NCBI GenBank assembly: GCA_964016885.1
Contig: OZ024740.1
Coordinates: 293,508,001-293,572,000, forward strand
DNA length: 64,000 bases
From: Eledone cirrhosa
Lineage: Eukaryota
Reading direction: 5' to 3'
Shown here: positions 38,129 to 51,169 of the stretch, in pieces
How the letters are laid out: each line of letters starts with the position of its first letter
How positions within the stretch are numbered: position 1 is the stretch's first letter
Notes under the pieces: generated by a model
What the model was told of the DNA's origin: nothing
Seen by the model: the letters and a program-made list of their open reading frames with translations, nothing else
Database searches by the model: none
Translations under genes and position numbers: made by a program

Positions 38129-39282
38129 TTTCTGTTGGTGGAAAATATAAAAAAAAGTTAAATGACAAAATAATAACGACTCATAAAAAAAAAAACGAAT
38201 GCAAAAACTATTAAAAAAAACAAACAAAAAACTATTTATGTGATTTTCTTTTTCTTCTTTTTCGCTTTGAAAATATAATTTCGTGCATTGCATTTGTGAG
38301 GTTCCTAGCAATAATTAATTGTATTTATAATATGTTTATATTTGTGTTTCTATTTCCATTCTGTTCTGTAAGAATTATAAACAATCTGTAATGTCATTTA
38401 TACAACTGTAAACTTCGGAAAATAAAATTTCTATATTAAACACTAGGAATTATCTTAACAACATACCACGTAATTTACACATGTACTTAACACTACCAAT
38501 TATCTTAACACCATACCTCGTAATTCACACATGTACTAAACACTAGGAATTATCTTGTACCAAGCTACTTTCCTTTGGCGCATTGATACTTGTCCGTACG
38601 TTATTTGGCTAAGTTAAGCCAATCGTGATCCGCGCACGGATATGCATTTTCAACTTCCGCCCAAATAGAGAATTTCCAGCTTCTTTTAATAAATTATATC
38701 TCTTTGCGCGTCAACTGCATAAGATAAACACCTTTTATTATTTTGCTCCGTAACCAACAACATAACCACGGCCTGGCTAGCGCTTCAACCGCTAGTGTCG
38801 GACCGTGTCTAGCTGAAACCTTAATTTTGTTTATTCATTTCTTTTGGCATGCCAACCAATTTTAATCCAGCTCTTCTCACCATTGTTAATAAATCATATA
38901 CAAACGTTGTAAAGTCTTGTGATGCTATTTACCACAGCCATTGCCTTTAAATGTGATATGGAAAGATTCTTTCCAGAGTTATATTCACAGCAGCAACAGA
39001 ACTGAGACTTACATGTATTGATATAACAAACCATATCTTTCCAATTAAAAACAAATACATCATTGTTACATGTTCTGGTTACATATTACTCGCTGCTAAA
39101 AGTAGTACTATACATCTAAAATGGTGACCTCTGGTATGCACAATAACAATACTAAATATTATCATTCCCGTTAATAACATTAAATACTTCTAAAATGGTG
39201 ATATATAAAAATCTTCTTAAAATGCTGTTAAAATCTTAACACGATACCCCGTAATTTACACATGTACTAAACACTGGGAATT

Positions 39283-39451
39283 ATCGGTAGAGTGTCGGAC
39301 GCCATGATTTCCAGCATAGTTACGTCCCTTTACGATCTGAGTTCAAATCCCGCCGAGGTTGACTTTGCCTTTCATCCTTACGGCGTAGATAAAATAAAGT
39401 ACCAGTAATGCACTGGGTAATTTGCTGGCCTTGTGCCTAAAGTAAAAACAA
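39283..39451 (+). mobile_element. SINE family A, slightly 5' truncated
   Basis: Matches the family consensus and is inserted at aattatc within the ~48-bp repeat family. Confidence 0.85.
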
Positions 39452-40311
39452 TTATCTTAACACCTTACTACATAATTTACACATGTACTAAACACTAGGA
39501 ATTATCTTAACGCCATACCACGTAATTTGGGGTTTATTAACACCATATCAGTTTCTATAATTTATTCTTAAATCATCGAAGATTTTCTTGAAGTTCTTTG
39601 GAAAATAATCTTCGACTTTTTCTGAATGCTCGAACATTATCCTTATTGCTGTAAATGTCTCCTTCTTCTAGCGAGGGTTATGTGTGTGGGGGGGGGGGGG
39701 GGTCCTGAAGCACTCCTAGCGGGTCCTGTAGATGCTCATTTGTATATAGAGCAAACTTGAATAGCAGGTATTAACCAAATAGCTGGTGGGAAATTTATTA
39801 TACAAAGTGTAGCGGTTGTCTCCCTTGTTTGGATTAACGTCTGGACGGGAAGTGGGGCCCTTTCTGTAACTTCCGGTCAGAGCCCTATAAAACTAACAAC
39901 TTTAAGCTCTCTTTCTCTCATTGCCTTTTCGGCACCAGGTCAAGAGCCTCTCATTTGGCTCTGCCATTCATTTGGCCAACAGGCGCCTGGCCTTAGCCAG
40001 GCGTCCTCTGCCAGCCGCGTTTGCCTGGCAATCAAAACGGTAACTACTAACTTCGCTTCATTCTAACATCTTCCTCATCTTTGACATGTCAACTATACTA
40101 TCTACCATTGTTAATTAAATATTATACACACAAACTATGTATTCCTTGTTACATTCATACTACCCAGTATTCTCGCTATAAAAGCATGTAAATAAATTTA
40201 CAGTAGAATAACAACAAATATGTTTTAAATATATACATAAATAACATTACAAATGCTTAGATAACATTATAAATTGCTCGCGATTCTTTGAGAAGGATAT
40301 ATTATTTTAAT

Positions 40312-40495
40312 TGGATTGGCAGTATCGGTAGAGGGTCAGACACCATGCTTTCCAGCATAATTACGTCCTTTAACGATCTGAGTGCAAATCCCGCCGAGGT
40401 TAACTTTGCCTTTCATTCTTACGGGGTCGATAAAATAAAGTACCAGTAATGTACTGAGTATTTGCTGGCCTTGTGCCAAAAAGTAGAAAAAATTA
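40312..40495 (+). mobile_element. SINE family A copy
   Basis: Matches the family consensus. Confidence 0.88.
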
Positions 40496-40499
40496 TTTT

Positions 40500-40935
40500 A
40501 ATGTTGCAATATTAAAGAAAATGTAAAGAAAGGGGGTGAATAACCGAGCCAACACCAGAGCAAAAGACAGCAGCGTCGCGAGGAGTACCGGCCAACTTCT
40601 CTAAGGATTTTTGAGGCAATCCAGCACACTCGCAGCATTGCTTCGTGTGATGGCGAGGCTAATGGGTGGAGGAAAGGAAGCAGGGGAGAGATAGGGACGA
40701 CATCCTGCATGCTGCGGTTAGGACGAGAACCACAGCTTCCGCAGCCGAGCGGAGTAAGACCCTCAAATACTGTGATCTGTCGGCCAGCTACATTTTTCAG
40801 CCTGTGGCTTTCGAGACGTTTGGGGAAGTCGGGCCGCTGACTGCGAGGTTCCTCTTTTCACTGGCGGCTCACCTAATAGAGGTAACTGGCGAATCTCGCG
40901 AGGGCGCTTGGTTGTTCCAGCGCATTAGTATTAAC
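40500..40935. mobile_element. CRE-like retroelement 3' end in two oppositely oriented pieces
   Basis: Plus strand AAERSKTLKY...FQPVAFETFGEVGP...WLFQRISI (40700-40935). Minus strand ISLAITRSNAASVLDCL plus tail (40500-40665). Confidence 0.7.
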
Positions 40936-41430
40936 TAATTATCAGTAGCACTACCACCGCGTGATTCATAATAGATGTGTATACAAGGGCAATGGAAGCA
41001 TTTCTGAATTGGTGGGAGGGGCAAATTTGGATAATTTAGTTGTAGTGATTAGTTTAGCTCTTTGCACTCTAAAATGGTCAGAAAACTTCGATATGTGATA
41101 AACATAACATGTACATAAATTGTAACACATATCTAAATAGATATGTGTTTTGGTAGTTTGGGGAGAAAATATAACTATTGGCGGGGGGATTGCTTCCTAC
41201 CCCCATTCCACCACCAGTGTATATATATAATTTAAAAAAATTATGCTCTGTGTCCTTTTCTAAGTGGTCAATATATCAAGCTTCTTCGCATTTGGTAAGA
41301 AACTGATATTATACCTAATTTATTCATCTCATATATATATATATGTATATATTAAAATAACAGATTAAAGTTTAAGCAAAGAATCGTTGCTTTCACCCTT
41401 AACCGGATCTTCTGAAACTAACAATATTAT

Positions 41431-41540
<110 letters not shown>

Positions 41541-41616
41541 TCATCATTTCATCATATATATACATATATATATACATATATATATTGTTATGCTTTGGAG
41601 GGTCATGTTGCCAATA

Positions 41617-43316
41617 CTCCATTCTGTATGTATTGACTCTAGAGCCACTACTGCGGAAATTGGGGCTGTTGCAGGGCATCCCTCTAGAACCGGGACTGCG
41701 CAAAGCGGCGTCGGCTTATGCCGGCGACGTGACGGTAATGGTGTCGAGCACCTCGGAAATCGGGGTGATCGGCAACTTACTGAAAGAATACGAAACGCTG
41801 ACGGGAGCAAAACTAAACCCGGACAAGTCTGTCGGTTTGCAACTCGGCACGTGGAGAGGCAAACCGATGACGTCCGACAGCGTCGTTGGACGCTGGACGG
41901 ACGGACCGGTGAAATTGCTCGGGGTCTGGTTCGGTCCAGACCTCCAGGTGGAGAAAAACTGGACCGAGGTCACGGCCAAGGTGTTTGCACTCACTCAGAA
42001 GTGGGCAGAGTGCAAACTGTCCTTGAAAGGTCGAGCGGTGGTGGCGAACACTTTCATAGCGTCCGTCATCTACTACCGCTTGACTGTCGTGCCTTGTCCC
42101 CGTGAACACCTCGCCAAGATGGAACGCATGCTCTTCCACTTTCTGTGGAAGAAGCTGGTGAGGAGATCCGTCTGCTGTCAGCACCCTTCCAACGGAGGGC
42201 TGGGAATGCCGTGGCTGATGATGCGCTGAGGCTGCAGCATCTCCAGGTATTCCTCACCGACTCCCAACCGGTGTGGGCACCGTTTATGAGACAGGCTTTC
42301 CCACAGCTCGTCTCGCTGACGGAGCTGCAGTCCTGGGTGAAGAAAAGACCGAAAACGATGGGCGCCTGGCACATTGAATGCGCTCAGGCGCTCACAGTCC
42401 TCTGGCAAGCGGGCGCAGCAATCAGTGGAGACTCCACTTCGACATTCTATAGAGGGATTGTACGTTACAGGGGCGACGACGTGCTCGGAGAGACTCTGGG
42501 CGTTGAAGGCGATGAGTTCACCAGTCTGTTTGGTAGGACTTTCCGCCCGGGACCTATGGACAACTTCCAGAGGTCCCTGGCCTGGCAGTGCTACCGAGGA
42601 GCTCTACCGGTTTGTGACAAGATCTACAGGCACGGACGCCCCAGCAGGGATCCTTCCAAACGGACGTGTCCAAGATGCGCGCAGGACATTGAAACAGTCC
42701 TGCACGCAATTGTACACTGCCCGGGCGTAACCGACCTGTGGAACTATGCAGAACAACTGCTGTCGCGTATGGGACAAATCCAGTTGACTGCCGAGTCCAT
42801 AGTAAGGATCAAACAGCCAGCCTCTTTAAAAAACGAAAGAGAGGCGGTTTTCCTCTGTACGGTGGCTATGGTGAAAGAAGTTATATGGTGAACGAGGTTG
42901 AGAGGACTGAGGACAGATGCCTTTCTCTCCGGACAACAATTGATTCCCTTCTTTAAGTATCACTTTAGAAGGAGAATCAGGGTGGAGAGAGAGGCACTGC
43001 ACCCCAGTAAATTTACTGAAAGGTGGGTGAATGAAGTGAAAATGGCCGGAGTGATTGGGCCTTCTCTGTTTATAAGCCTGTAGGTTGAGGAAGAGAGCAA
43101 AAGGAAGAAAGGAGCACTTGCAACATGCTCCTGGAGTTGAGGGTTGTTCTATCGACGCGGTATTAAACAACCCATTTGTGGCGCCTCCCCCCTATTGGGG
43201 ATTTCGATTGTTGTAATTGTTTGTTTTTATATTTTTTACACGACTGTATGTAAAATCCCCGGCATGTCTTTGTATTGTCCTCTTTTCTTGTGCGCCCTTG
43301 TGGCTAATAAAGAAAT
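41617..43316 (+). mobile_element. Tx1/L1-clade LINE, 5' truncated, copy 1 (disrupted)
   Basis: RT C-terminal half (YAGDV in place of YADDV), GGLGMP, zf-RVT CPRC...ETVLHAIVHC, tail aataaagaaat. Confidence 0.92.
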
Positions 43317-43400
43317 ATTTATTATAAATTTAGGAATTTATAAATTTCCGGTTGGTTGGTTGGTTGGTTGGTTCCACAACCAGACGATTGTTCATATATT

Positions 43401-43443
43401 GTCAAAGTTCTTTCGTCACGCGTTCTGTGACCTCTTCAGTGAC
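43401..43443 (-). ncRNA. Minimal type I hammerhead ribozyme motif (inverted twin)
   Basis: Same motif on the minus strand. It differs only in the stem II loop (agaacgc). Confidence 0.7.
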
Positions 43444-43848
43444 CATGGATTCTTTTCTTTGTTTTTGTGCCTCTCCTTTGTTCTGTCCTACGCCATCTTG
43501 TTTTTGTGTGTGTTCTGTGCTTAGTTTGCGCATGTTTATATTTGTTTATTTATTTGTTTATTTACATGTTACTGGTTGGTTGTTTGTTCTATGTGTGTGT
43601 GTGTTTTCATTTTGTCCTTAATTGTAAGTTGTGATGGAACAGCAACATCACAACTTACAATTAAGGACAAAATGAAAACACACACACACATAGAACAAAC
43701 AACCAACCAGTAACATGTAAATAAACAAATATAAACACACACAGACACCCGGATGTAACACATGCACAAACTAAGCACACAACACACAAAACAAGATGGC
43801 GTAGGACAGAACAAAGGAGAGGCACAAAAACAAAGAAAAGAATCCCCG

Positions 43849-43891
43849 GTCACTGAAGAGGTCACAGAATGTGTGACGAAAGAACTTTGAC
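43849..43891 (+). ncRNA. Minimal type I hammerhead ribozyme motif
   Basis: gtca-CTGAAGA-g-gtcac(agaatgt)gtgac-GAAA-gaac-TT-tgac gives stem I, the core, stem II, a vestigial stem III and UH. Confidence 0.7.
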
Positions 43892-44101
43892 AATATATGA
43901 ACAATCGTCTGGTTGTGGAACCAACCAGCCAACCGGAAATTTATAAATTCCTAAATTTATAATAAATTGAAGTGAAAGCAACTGGTGCGTGTGTTTCTTA
44001 TTGGCAACATGACCCTCCCAAAGCATAACAATATCGGTTTCAACACACGTTTTCAGGTAAAGAATCTTGCTAAACAAATTCAGAAACGAAATACATATAC
44101 G

Positions 44102-45403
44102 TCAGGCAGTGACGGTCCACAGAATCAAAGGCCTTCTTAAAGTCAATGAAAACCATGACCGCAGGAAGGCACTTTGCTCTAGCTCCCTCTGATACTCTCC
44201 TCAACATCATGATGTGACTGGTGGTTGATCTTCCCTCTCTGAAGCCTTTCTGTTTGTCCCTGAGCTTCTTCTCCATCTAAGGCTGGATCCTGTTAAGAAT
44301 CATCCTGTTGAGGGTCTTTGCCACAAGTGACGTCAGCGAGATCCCCTGTAGTTGTTGGTGGTAGAGAGATCTCCCTTCTTTGGCACTGGGACTTATGGAA
44401 TCCCCAAGAAGATAGTGGACCTGATATCACTGCTCTACACCAACACCAAAGCCCAAGTCATTACAGCTGATGGGATGACGGAGTTCTTTGAGATACTGGC
44501 TGGAGTGCTCCAGGGAGATACATTGGCTCCCTACCTTTTTATCATCGTAGTGGACTATTGTATGCGCCTTGCACTGGAGAAACACCAGGACTCTGGGTTT
44601 ACTGCAGCACCGGCTCTGAGCAGGAGAGTTAAGGCAAAAAAGATATCGGATGCTGAATTTGCCGACGACATAGTTTTGGTGACAAATACAGTGAAGGAGG
44701 CAGAGGATTTGATGCAGAAGGTTGAGACTGTGGGGCTGAGAATGAATGAGACTAAAACAAAATATCTGGTAGAGAATGTTGAGAAGCCAGAGGGGATCAC
44801 TAATGTAGGCGGGAAGCCGCTAGAATTGGTTGAGGACTTCCTGTATTTGGGAGCAAAAGTTGGGAATACGGAAGATGATGTGGTTGAGAGGAAGAGCAAA
44901 GCCTGGGCGGTGTGTCACAGCTTGAGATCGGTGTGGAAGTCGGACCTTCGTAAAGACCTGAAAATCCGCCTCTTCATTGCTGAGGTGGAGTCTGTGCTGC
45001 TGTACGGGTCTGAGACTTGGACACTGACCACGAAACTCACTCAGATGGTGGATGGGTGCTACACGAGAATGCTGAGGATGGCTCTGAACATTATTCAGTA
45101 TACACTGAGCATGAAAAACTCAGAGCTGTATGGGAGCCTCCCAAAAGTCAGCTAAAAAGTGACACAGAGGAGACTGAGGTTAGCTGGACATGCTCACCAA
45201 CATCCAGAGTTGACATTGCAATCAGTGCTCCTGTGGGAGCCCCTACATGGACACACTAGAAGAGGAAGACCAAGGTTAACGTATGTTGATGCCCTAAGGA
45301 CAGACACTGGTCTGTTGGAGACGCAGGACATGGCAGCAATAATGAGGGACAGAGACCGCTGGAGAGAACTCGTCCATGGATCTCGGGAATTTTACCCGTC
45401 CTA
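44102..45403 (+). mobile_element. RTE-like LINE, 5' truncated with a 5' inversion
   Basis: 44102-44392 minus: VPKKGDL..NYRGISL..FIDFKKAFDSVDRHCL. 44392-45403 plus: YGIPKK..QGDTLAPYLF..FADD..RGRPRLTY. Confidence 0.92.
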
Positions 45404-45590
45404 GAAAAAGAGAATATATATATATATATAGTTATGTAATAAACAAGATAAGTTAATTATTTCATTTACCAAAGGTTTCACGAAGACAGACGTCTGTGTC
45501 AGGCTCGTAAATAAAATAATTATCTTAGCTAAAAAGCTCTGTAGCCTACATAGAGCAGTCTCTTTTCCTTTACCTTTCCTACGGAAACAC

Positions 45591-45682
<92 letters not shown>

Positions 45683-46475
45683 GGCTATTGGTGAGCTTTG
45701 TTATTCTAAACTTACCCCTGCGCACTCACAGGATCACCAATTTTGTCTGATGATCCTGTGAGTATGCAGGTAAGACTCCAGAGTAACAAGGCTTAGTCAT
45801 AATAAATGAAAATTTAAACTCAAATTTGGTATTGAGTTTTCACTCTTAATTCTTAATTCAATAATTCTCGTACTCACAGGTTTTGAATAATCGTCCTCAC
45901 TCCCGCTTATTAAATTGTTAGATTTTTCCCACCCCACCCCGGTTTTTATTACACCCCCCAACCCTCACCGGCTTATTAAATTTTGCTAATCTGCTCATCT
46001 CCGGCGAAATTTTATTGTAAGTGATTCATATTGATACAGGAGCTGGAGAATCTAATAATTATTTTATTTTACATTAAAAAACCCTTATATATGATAAAAG
46101 GGCATTACAAGAAATCCCATATTTACGAACGTACACTATGCAATTACTGATTTTCCAAGCCCCCTCCTCCCATCATTTCCACCCCTCCTATTATTTGGGA
46201 CCGAAGAGTGCCACCAAACTCTCCCCCACTCTATATCTACTACACGGAACTCTCTTCTAATCCCCCGCTCTATATAAATTTACACCAAACTCTCCCCCCT
46301 CTATATCTACTACACAGAACTCTCCCCCAACCCCCCTCTTTATCAAATATCACCAAAATATACCCCTCTGTATATCTGCCATACATCACTCTCTCTCATT
46401 CCCTCTCACTCTATCCACCACTACCAAACTCTCCTCCTCTCTATATCTATCAATATCTATCTCTATCAAAAAAAA

Positions 46476-48719
46476 ATGCCGGTCTTCTTCTCCGAACTCC
46501 TCGAAGCGGTCTACTGCAATTGGCAGCAGAACGGGAGAATTCCTTGTTCTGTAGCCAAGGGCGTAGTCACGCTGGTGAGGAAGGACGAGAACAAGGGGGA
46601 TAATATAAATAATTTTCGGCCCATAACCCTGCTAAACACAGAGTTAAAGATTTTGGACAAGGTGTTAGCAAAGAGGTTGGCGCTTGTCGTGGGTGGCCTG
46701 GTGGGAGATGCGCAGACATGTGCTATCCCATCCAGGTCCATTCACGATAACCTTCACCTCATGCGATACATCATAGAGAGGGTTGGCAACAAACCCGGCT
46801 TCGGTGGGGCCCTGATCAACTTAGATCAGTCTAAGGCCTTCGATAGGGTCGACCATGGTTACCTGGATGCGGTGCTAGCGGCGGCTGGGTTCGGTCCTGT
46901 TTTCAGAGGCTGGATCACTGCCCTACATAGCAACCACATCTGTTCTAGGATCAAGGTGAACGGCTACCTTTCGAAGCCGTTCGAAATCACACGATCCATT
47001 CGACAGGGGTGCCCTCTCTCCTCCCTTCTGTACGTATTGACTCTCGAGCCTTTACTGAGGAAGTTGGAGTTGTTGCAGGGTATCCCCCTGGAACCAGGAT
47101 TGAGCAAAGCGGTGTCGGCCTACGCCGATGACGTAACAGTAATGGTATCAACCGACTCGGAGATCGAGGCGATCGGTACCTTACTGGAGGAGTACGAAAG
47201 GTTGTCAGGAGCGAAACTGAACCGGGAAAAATCCATCGGGCTGCAACTCGGAACGTGGAGAGGCAGACCGATGCCTCCTGAGGCTGTCGTCGGACACTGG
47301 ACGGAGGACCCGGTAAAGTTGCTTGGGGTCTGGTTTGGACCGGACCTCCAGGTGGAAAAGAACTGGAACGAGGTTACGAACAAGGTGTTTGCACTAACCC
47401 AGAAATGGGCCAAGTGTAAGCTGTCCCTAAAAGGCCGGGCGGAGGTGGCGAACATTTACATAGCGTCCGTCACTTACTACCGCCTGACTGTCGTGCCTTG
47501 CCCTAAGGAAACACTCACCACCATGGAACGCATGCTCTTCCAATTTCTTTGGAAGAGGCGTCCTCCTATGGTGAGAAGATCCATCTGCTGCCAACAACCT
47601 TCGAAAGGAGGGCTGGGGATGCCGTGGTTGATGATGCGTAGGCACGCATTAAGGCTACGGCACCTACAGGTATTCCTCACTGGTCAACCGGTGTGGGCTC
47701 CGTTCGTGAAACGAGCCTTTCCGAGACTCGTCTCGCTCACCGAGCTACAGTCCTGGGTCAAGCAAAGATCCGGAAAACTGGGAGACTGGCACACTGAGTG
47801 TGCTCAGGCGCTCAGGGCTCTCTGGCAAGCGGGCCGGGCCATCGGTGGAGAATCCACCTCATCATTCTATAGAGGGCTGGTGGCTAGCAGGGGCAATGAC
47901 ACCCTTGGAGAGTCGCTGGACATGGAAGAAGACGAACTGGCCAGCCTGTTCGGTAGGACTTTCGGCCCAGGACCAATGGACAACTTCCAGAAGTCACTGG
48001 CCTGGCAGTGCTACCGGGGGGCTCTACCCATTCGAGAGAGGCTCTACAGACACGGGCGCCCGGGCAGGGATCCCTCAAAAAAGATTTGCCCTAGATGCGT
48101 GCGTCACGAAGAAACCGTTGCGCACGCATTGGTGCAATGTCCGGGCGTGGCTGATCTGTGGGGCTACGCCGAACGACTGCTGTCGCGGGTGGCGCCGATT
48201 AAATTGACCGCCGAGTCCGTGATGACAATCAAACCGCCTCCCCTCTTCACAAAGGAAGCAAAGGCGGTTTTTCTGTGCGTAATAGCCATGTTGAAAGAGG
48301 TTGTTTGGTGGACACGATTGAAAGGTCTGAGGTCAGGCAACCTCCTCTCTGGCCATAGTCTGGTCTACTTCTTCCGATATCACTTCGGAAGAAGGATAAG
48401 AATGGAGAGAGAGGTGCTTGGCCACAGGCAGTTTTATGAAAGGTGGGTGATAGTGGCGAGAATGGCTCGTGTAAATGGGCCTTCTCTGTATACCATCCTG
48501 TAGGTAAAGAAGTAAAGGAGAGGGGAGCACCTTCTCCATGTGCTCCCCGGGCAAAGGATTGCACACTTTTTCGGGGGGGTGTGCAACCCCCATCACGTCC
48601 CCTCCCTTTTGAGGTTATTTTCGATTATTTTCATGTTACACCCTTTTTACTCGATTATATGTAAACTCCCCCTTTGTATTTGTCCCTTCTTTTTATGCCT
48701 TTATGGTAAATAAAGAAAT
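46476..48719 (+). mobile_element. Tx1/L1-clade LINE, 5' truncated, copy 2, with an uninterrupted 675-aa RT + zf-RVT frame
   Basis: NFRPITLLN, LDQSKAFDRV, RQGCPLS, YADD. TSD caatatctatctctatcaa on both sides. Confidence 0.95.
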
Positions 48720-49234
48720 CAATATCTATCTCTATCAATCCTTCCTTCTATTCATTACCCCCCCCCCCCCCTATCTACATCAACCATACAACATACTCTC
48801 TCAATCTCCCTCTCTATATCAATTAACACCAAACTCTCCCACTCTTTATATCTACTACACGGAACTCTTTTCCAACTCTTCTATCTATATCAATTAGCAC
48901 CAAGTTCCAATCTTTGATGCCCTGGTGGCAAATAAATAGAAATATATATCTACTACACGGAACGCCCTTTCAAATACCCCTCTCTATATCAATAAAATAA
49001 ACATCAATCTCGTCTTCTCTATATCTAATATACAGCACACTCTCCCAGCCTTTCTCTCTATATCAATTACCACCGAACTCTCTCCCTCTCTATATCTACA
49101 TCTATCTTTATATAACATATACATAAATTGTAGCGCATACACAACTAGATGTGTGTTTTGGTAGTTTCGGAGTCTTTGAGAGACATACATATATACACAT
49201 ACATTTTAATTTATAGTATAGATATAAGGAGCCC

Positions 49235-49430
49235 CTTCAGTCACAAATGACTATAGGTTTTTTACACCTAGAAAATTCCTCCCTGGGGTACAAGCCTGGG
49301 TGAGGTGTTTTTGTGAAAGACCAGTAATTGGCTATGCATACCAGCCCTGCAGATCGCACCGCCTGGTTCGAGAATCGAACTCTCAACCTAATGATTGGGA
49401 ATCCAACTCCCCAATCACTAAACCACACAT
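49235..49430 (-). mobile_element. tRNA-derived SINE (third family)
   Basis: Minus-strand head tgtggtttagtgattggggag...gagttcgattctc. Confidence 0.55.
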
Positions 49431-49728
49431 CTTAACACACGCACACATATACACATATACACATATACATACACATATATAAACATACATACACACACGT
49501 ACATTACTTTGCTTGTACTTGTGTGTTATATACTTAGCTAAATATATTAAAATTATTAATATTTATGCATGTGTCTGTGTTTGTATGTATATGTGTGTAC
49601 TTGTATTTAACTTGAATGTTTGTGCATGTGTGTGTCTGTGTATGTCCGTATGTGTCTGCGTATGACCATGTGTGCTTGAATATTTGTGCATGCATGTGTG
49701 TACATGTATGCCTGTGTGTGTATGCGTA

Positions 49729-49762
<34 letters not shown>

Positions 49763-50301
49763 TACTTGTATTTAACTTGAATATTTGTAGGATTTCTTAG
49801 TTAAATGATAATCAAAAGTAACGAACGCCTTACCTTAATCAATGACGTATAATTTAAATGTAAGGAAAATGCAGTTACTTATATATATCATAGTTTTGAT
49901 GAGAATAGCACATCTGCACCAGCTAAAATCCGGTATAGATTAAAAAACGTGTTCCTGTTTATTAGATATTGCTTCACAAATCTCTAAAGATAAGATTATA
50001 GAGAAATATTTCCAGTACTGAGGCTTGTGATTATGATTTTCAGTTATTTTCATTGATCGTAATGTTGTTTCCTATCTGTTCTCTGTTTATTCTATCAGGA
50101 TTCTAGTCACACCTAAGCTAGGAAAATGAACCAACCCCCAGTACTTTATCTACGTATATTTTATTTTATCAAACCCGGAAAGATGGACGGTGAATTTGAT
50201 TTCATCCGGATTTGAACTCAGAACTAAGATAGTTGTGTAACAAAATAACAAGACATTTCGTCCAAGTCCAGCTCTACCGCTTCTATCAATCCTCAAGTTA
50301 T

Positions 50302-50413
50302 ACAGTGTCCCCTCAAAATGTATACATACTTCAACAGCATTCTAATAAATATTGCATGTACAGGTAATCAAAGTGTATGTACATTTTTTTTTGGGGGGGG
50401 GGGGGGGGGACAC
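50302..50413. mobile_element. Small Tc1/mariner-like MITE
   Basis: ta-cagtgtcccctcaaaatgtatacatactt ... aagtgtatgtacatttt..gggggacac. Confidence 0.5.
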
Positions 50414-50427
50414 ATATATTTGTTTTC

Positions 50428-51169
50428 GGCACTACAACGCTATTAGCTGTTGCTTCTGACAGCTAATACCATGAACTATATTTTCATAGTCATGGTTATT
50501 AATGTAGAAAACAAGTCACATTCACCAACAGTGGAGTTAACTTAAATGAAAATATAGGTGGCCCTTAAAAATTAGAAAACAAATTTATGGTTCTCAAATT
50601 TATTTCACCAACCCTTTATCAAAAGCATGGATACAGTCCACATGGATACAGTCCAATCAAAAGCATGGATACAGTCCACATGGAGACAAGAGACAGTCCC
50701 CATGGAGTTTGGTGGTATCTGCTGTAGTAGCGGTAGCGATGGTTAATTCCATTAACAATTTGGCCCTTTTAAGAGCCACCTATATTTTCATTTAAGTTAA
50801 CTCCACTGTTGGTGAAAATGACTTGTTTTCTACATTGATAACCATGACTATGAAAATATAGTTCATGGTCTTAGCTGTCAAAAGTAACTCCACTGTTGGT
50901 GAAAATGACTTGTTTTCTACATTGATAACCATGACTATGAAAATATAAATGATTAAATCCAATTTATTTGATAACCATGACTTGTTTTCTAATTAACTTA
51001 AATTTGTTTTCTAATTTTGCCCCTCCCCCCCTCTCTATCTCTAAAAAACGCGTGAAAACTCCACTTACGCGTGGTAGTAAAACGGAAATAAACGATGTTT
51101 GACGAGTGACGTCATCTTCGCCTGCTTTCATCGGCTCTTTCCACTGACAGCTAATAGCGTTGTAGTGCC
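50428..51169. mobile_element. Merlin-like non-autonomous DNA transposon
   Basis: Perfect 23-bp TIR ggcactacaacgctattagctgt and an 8-bp TSD ttgttttc at 50420-50427 and 51170-51177. Confidence 0.75.

Larger units (their letters stand above)
43319..43965. repeat. ~320-bp inverted duplication, Penelope-like terminal repeat pair
   Basis: 43319-43636 is the reverse complement of about 43646-43965 around a 9-nt spacer. The arms extend to 41582-41616 and 44000-44034. Confidence 0.9.

Noticed and set aside
39800-40050. Solo LTR or chitinase promoter (ctataaaa followed by a pyrimidine tract)
   Set aside because: The TATA-like motif is on the wrong strand for the chitinase, and I found no TG...CA ends or TSD.
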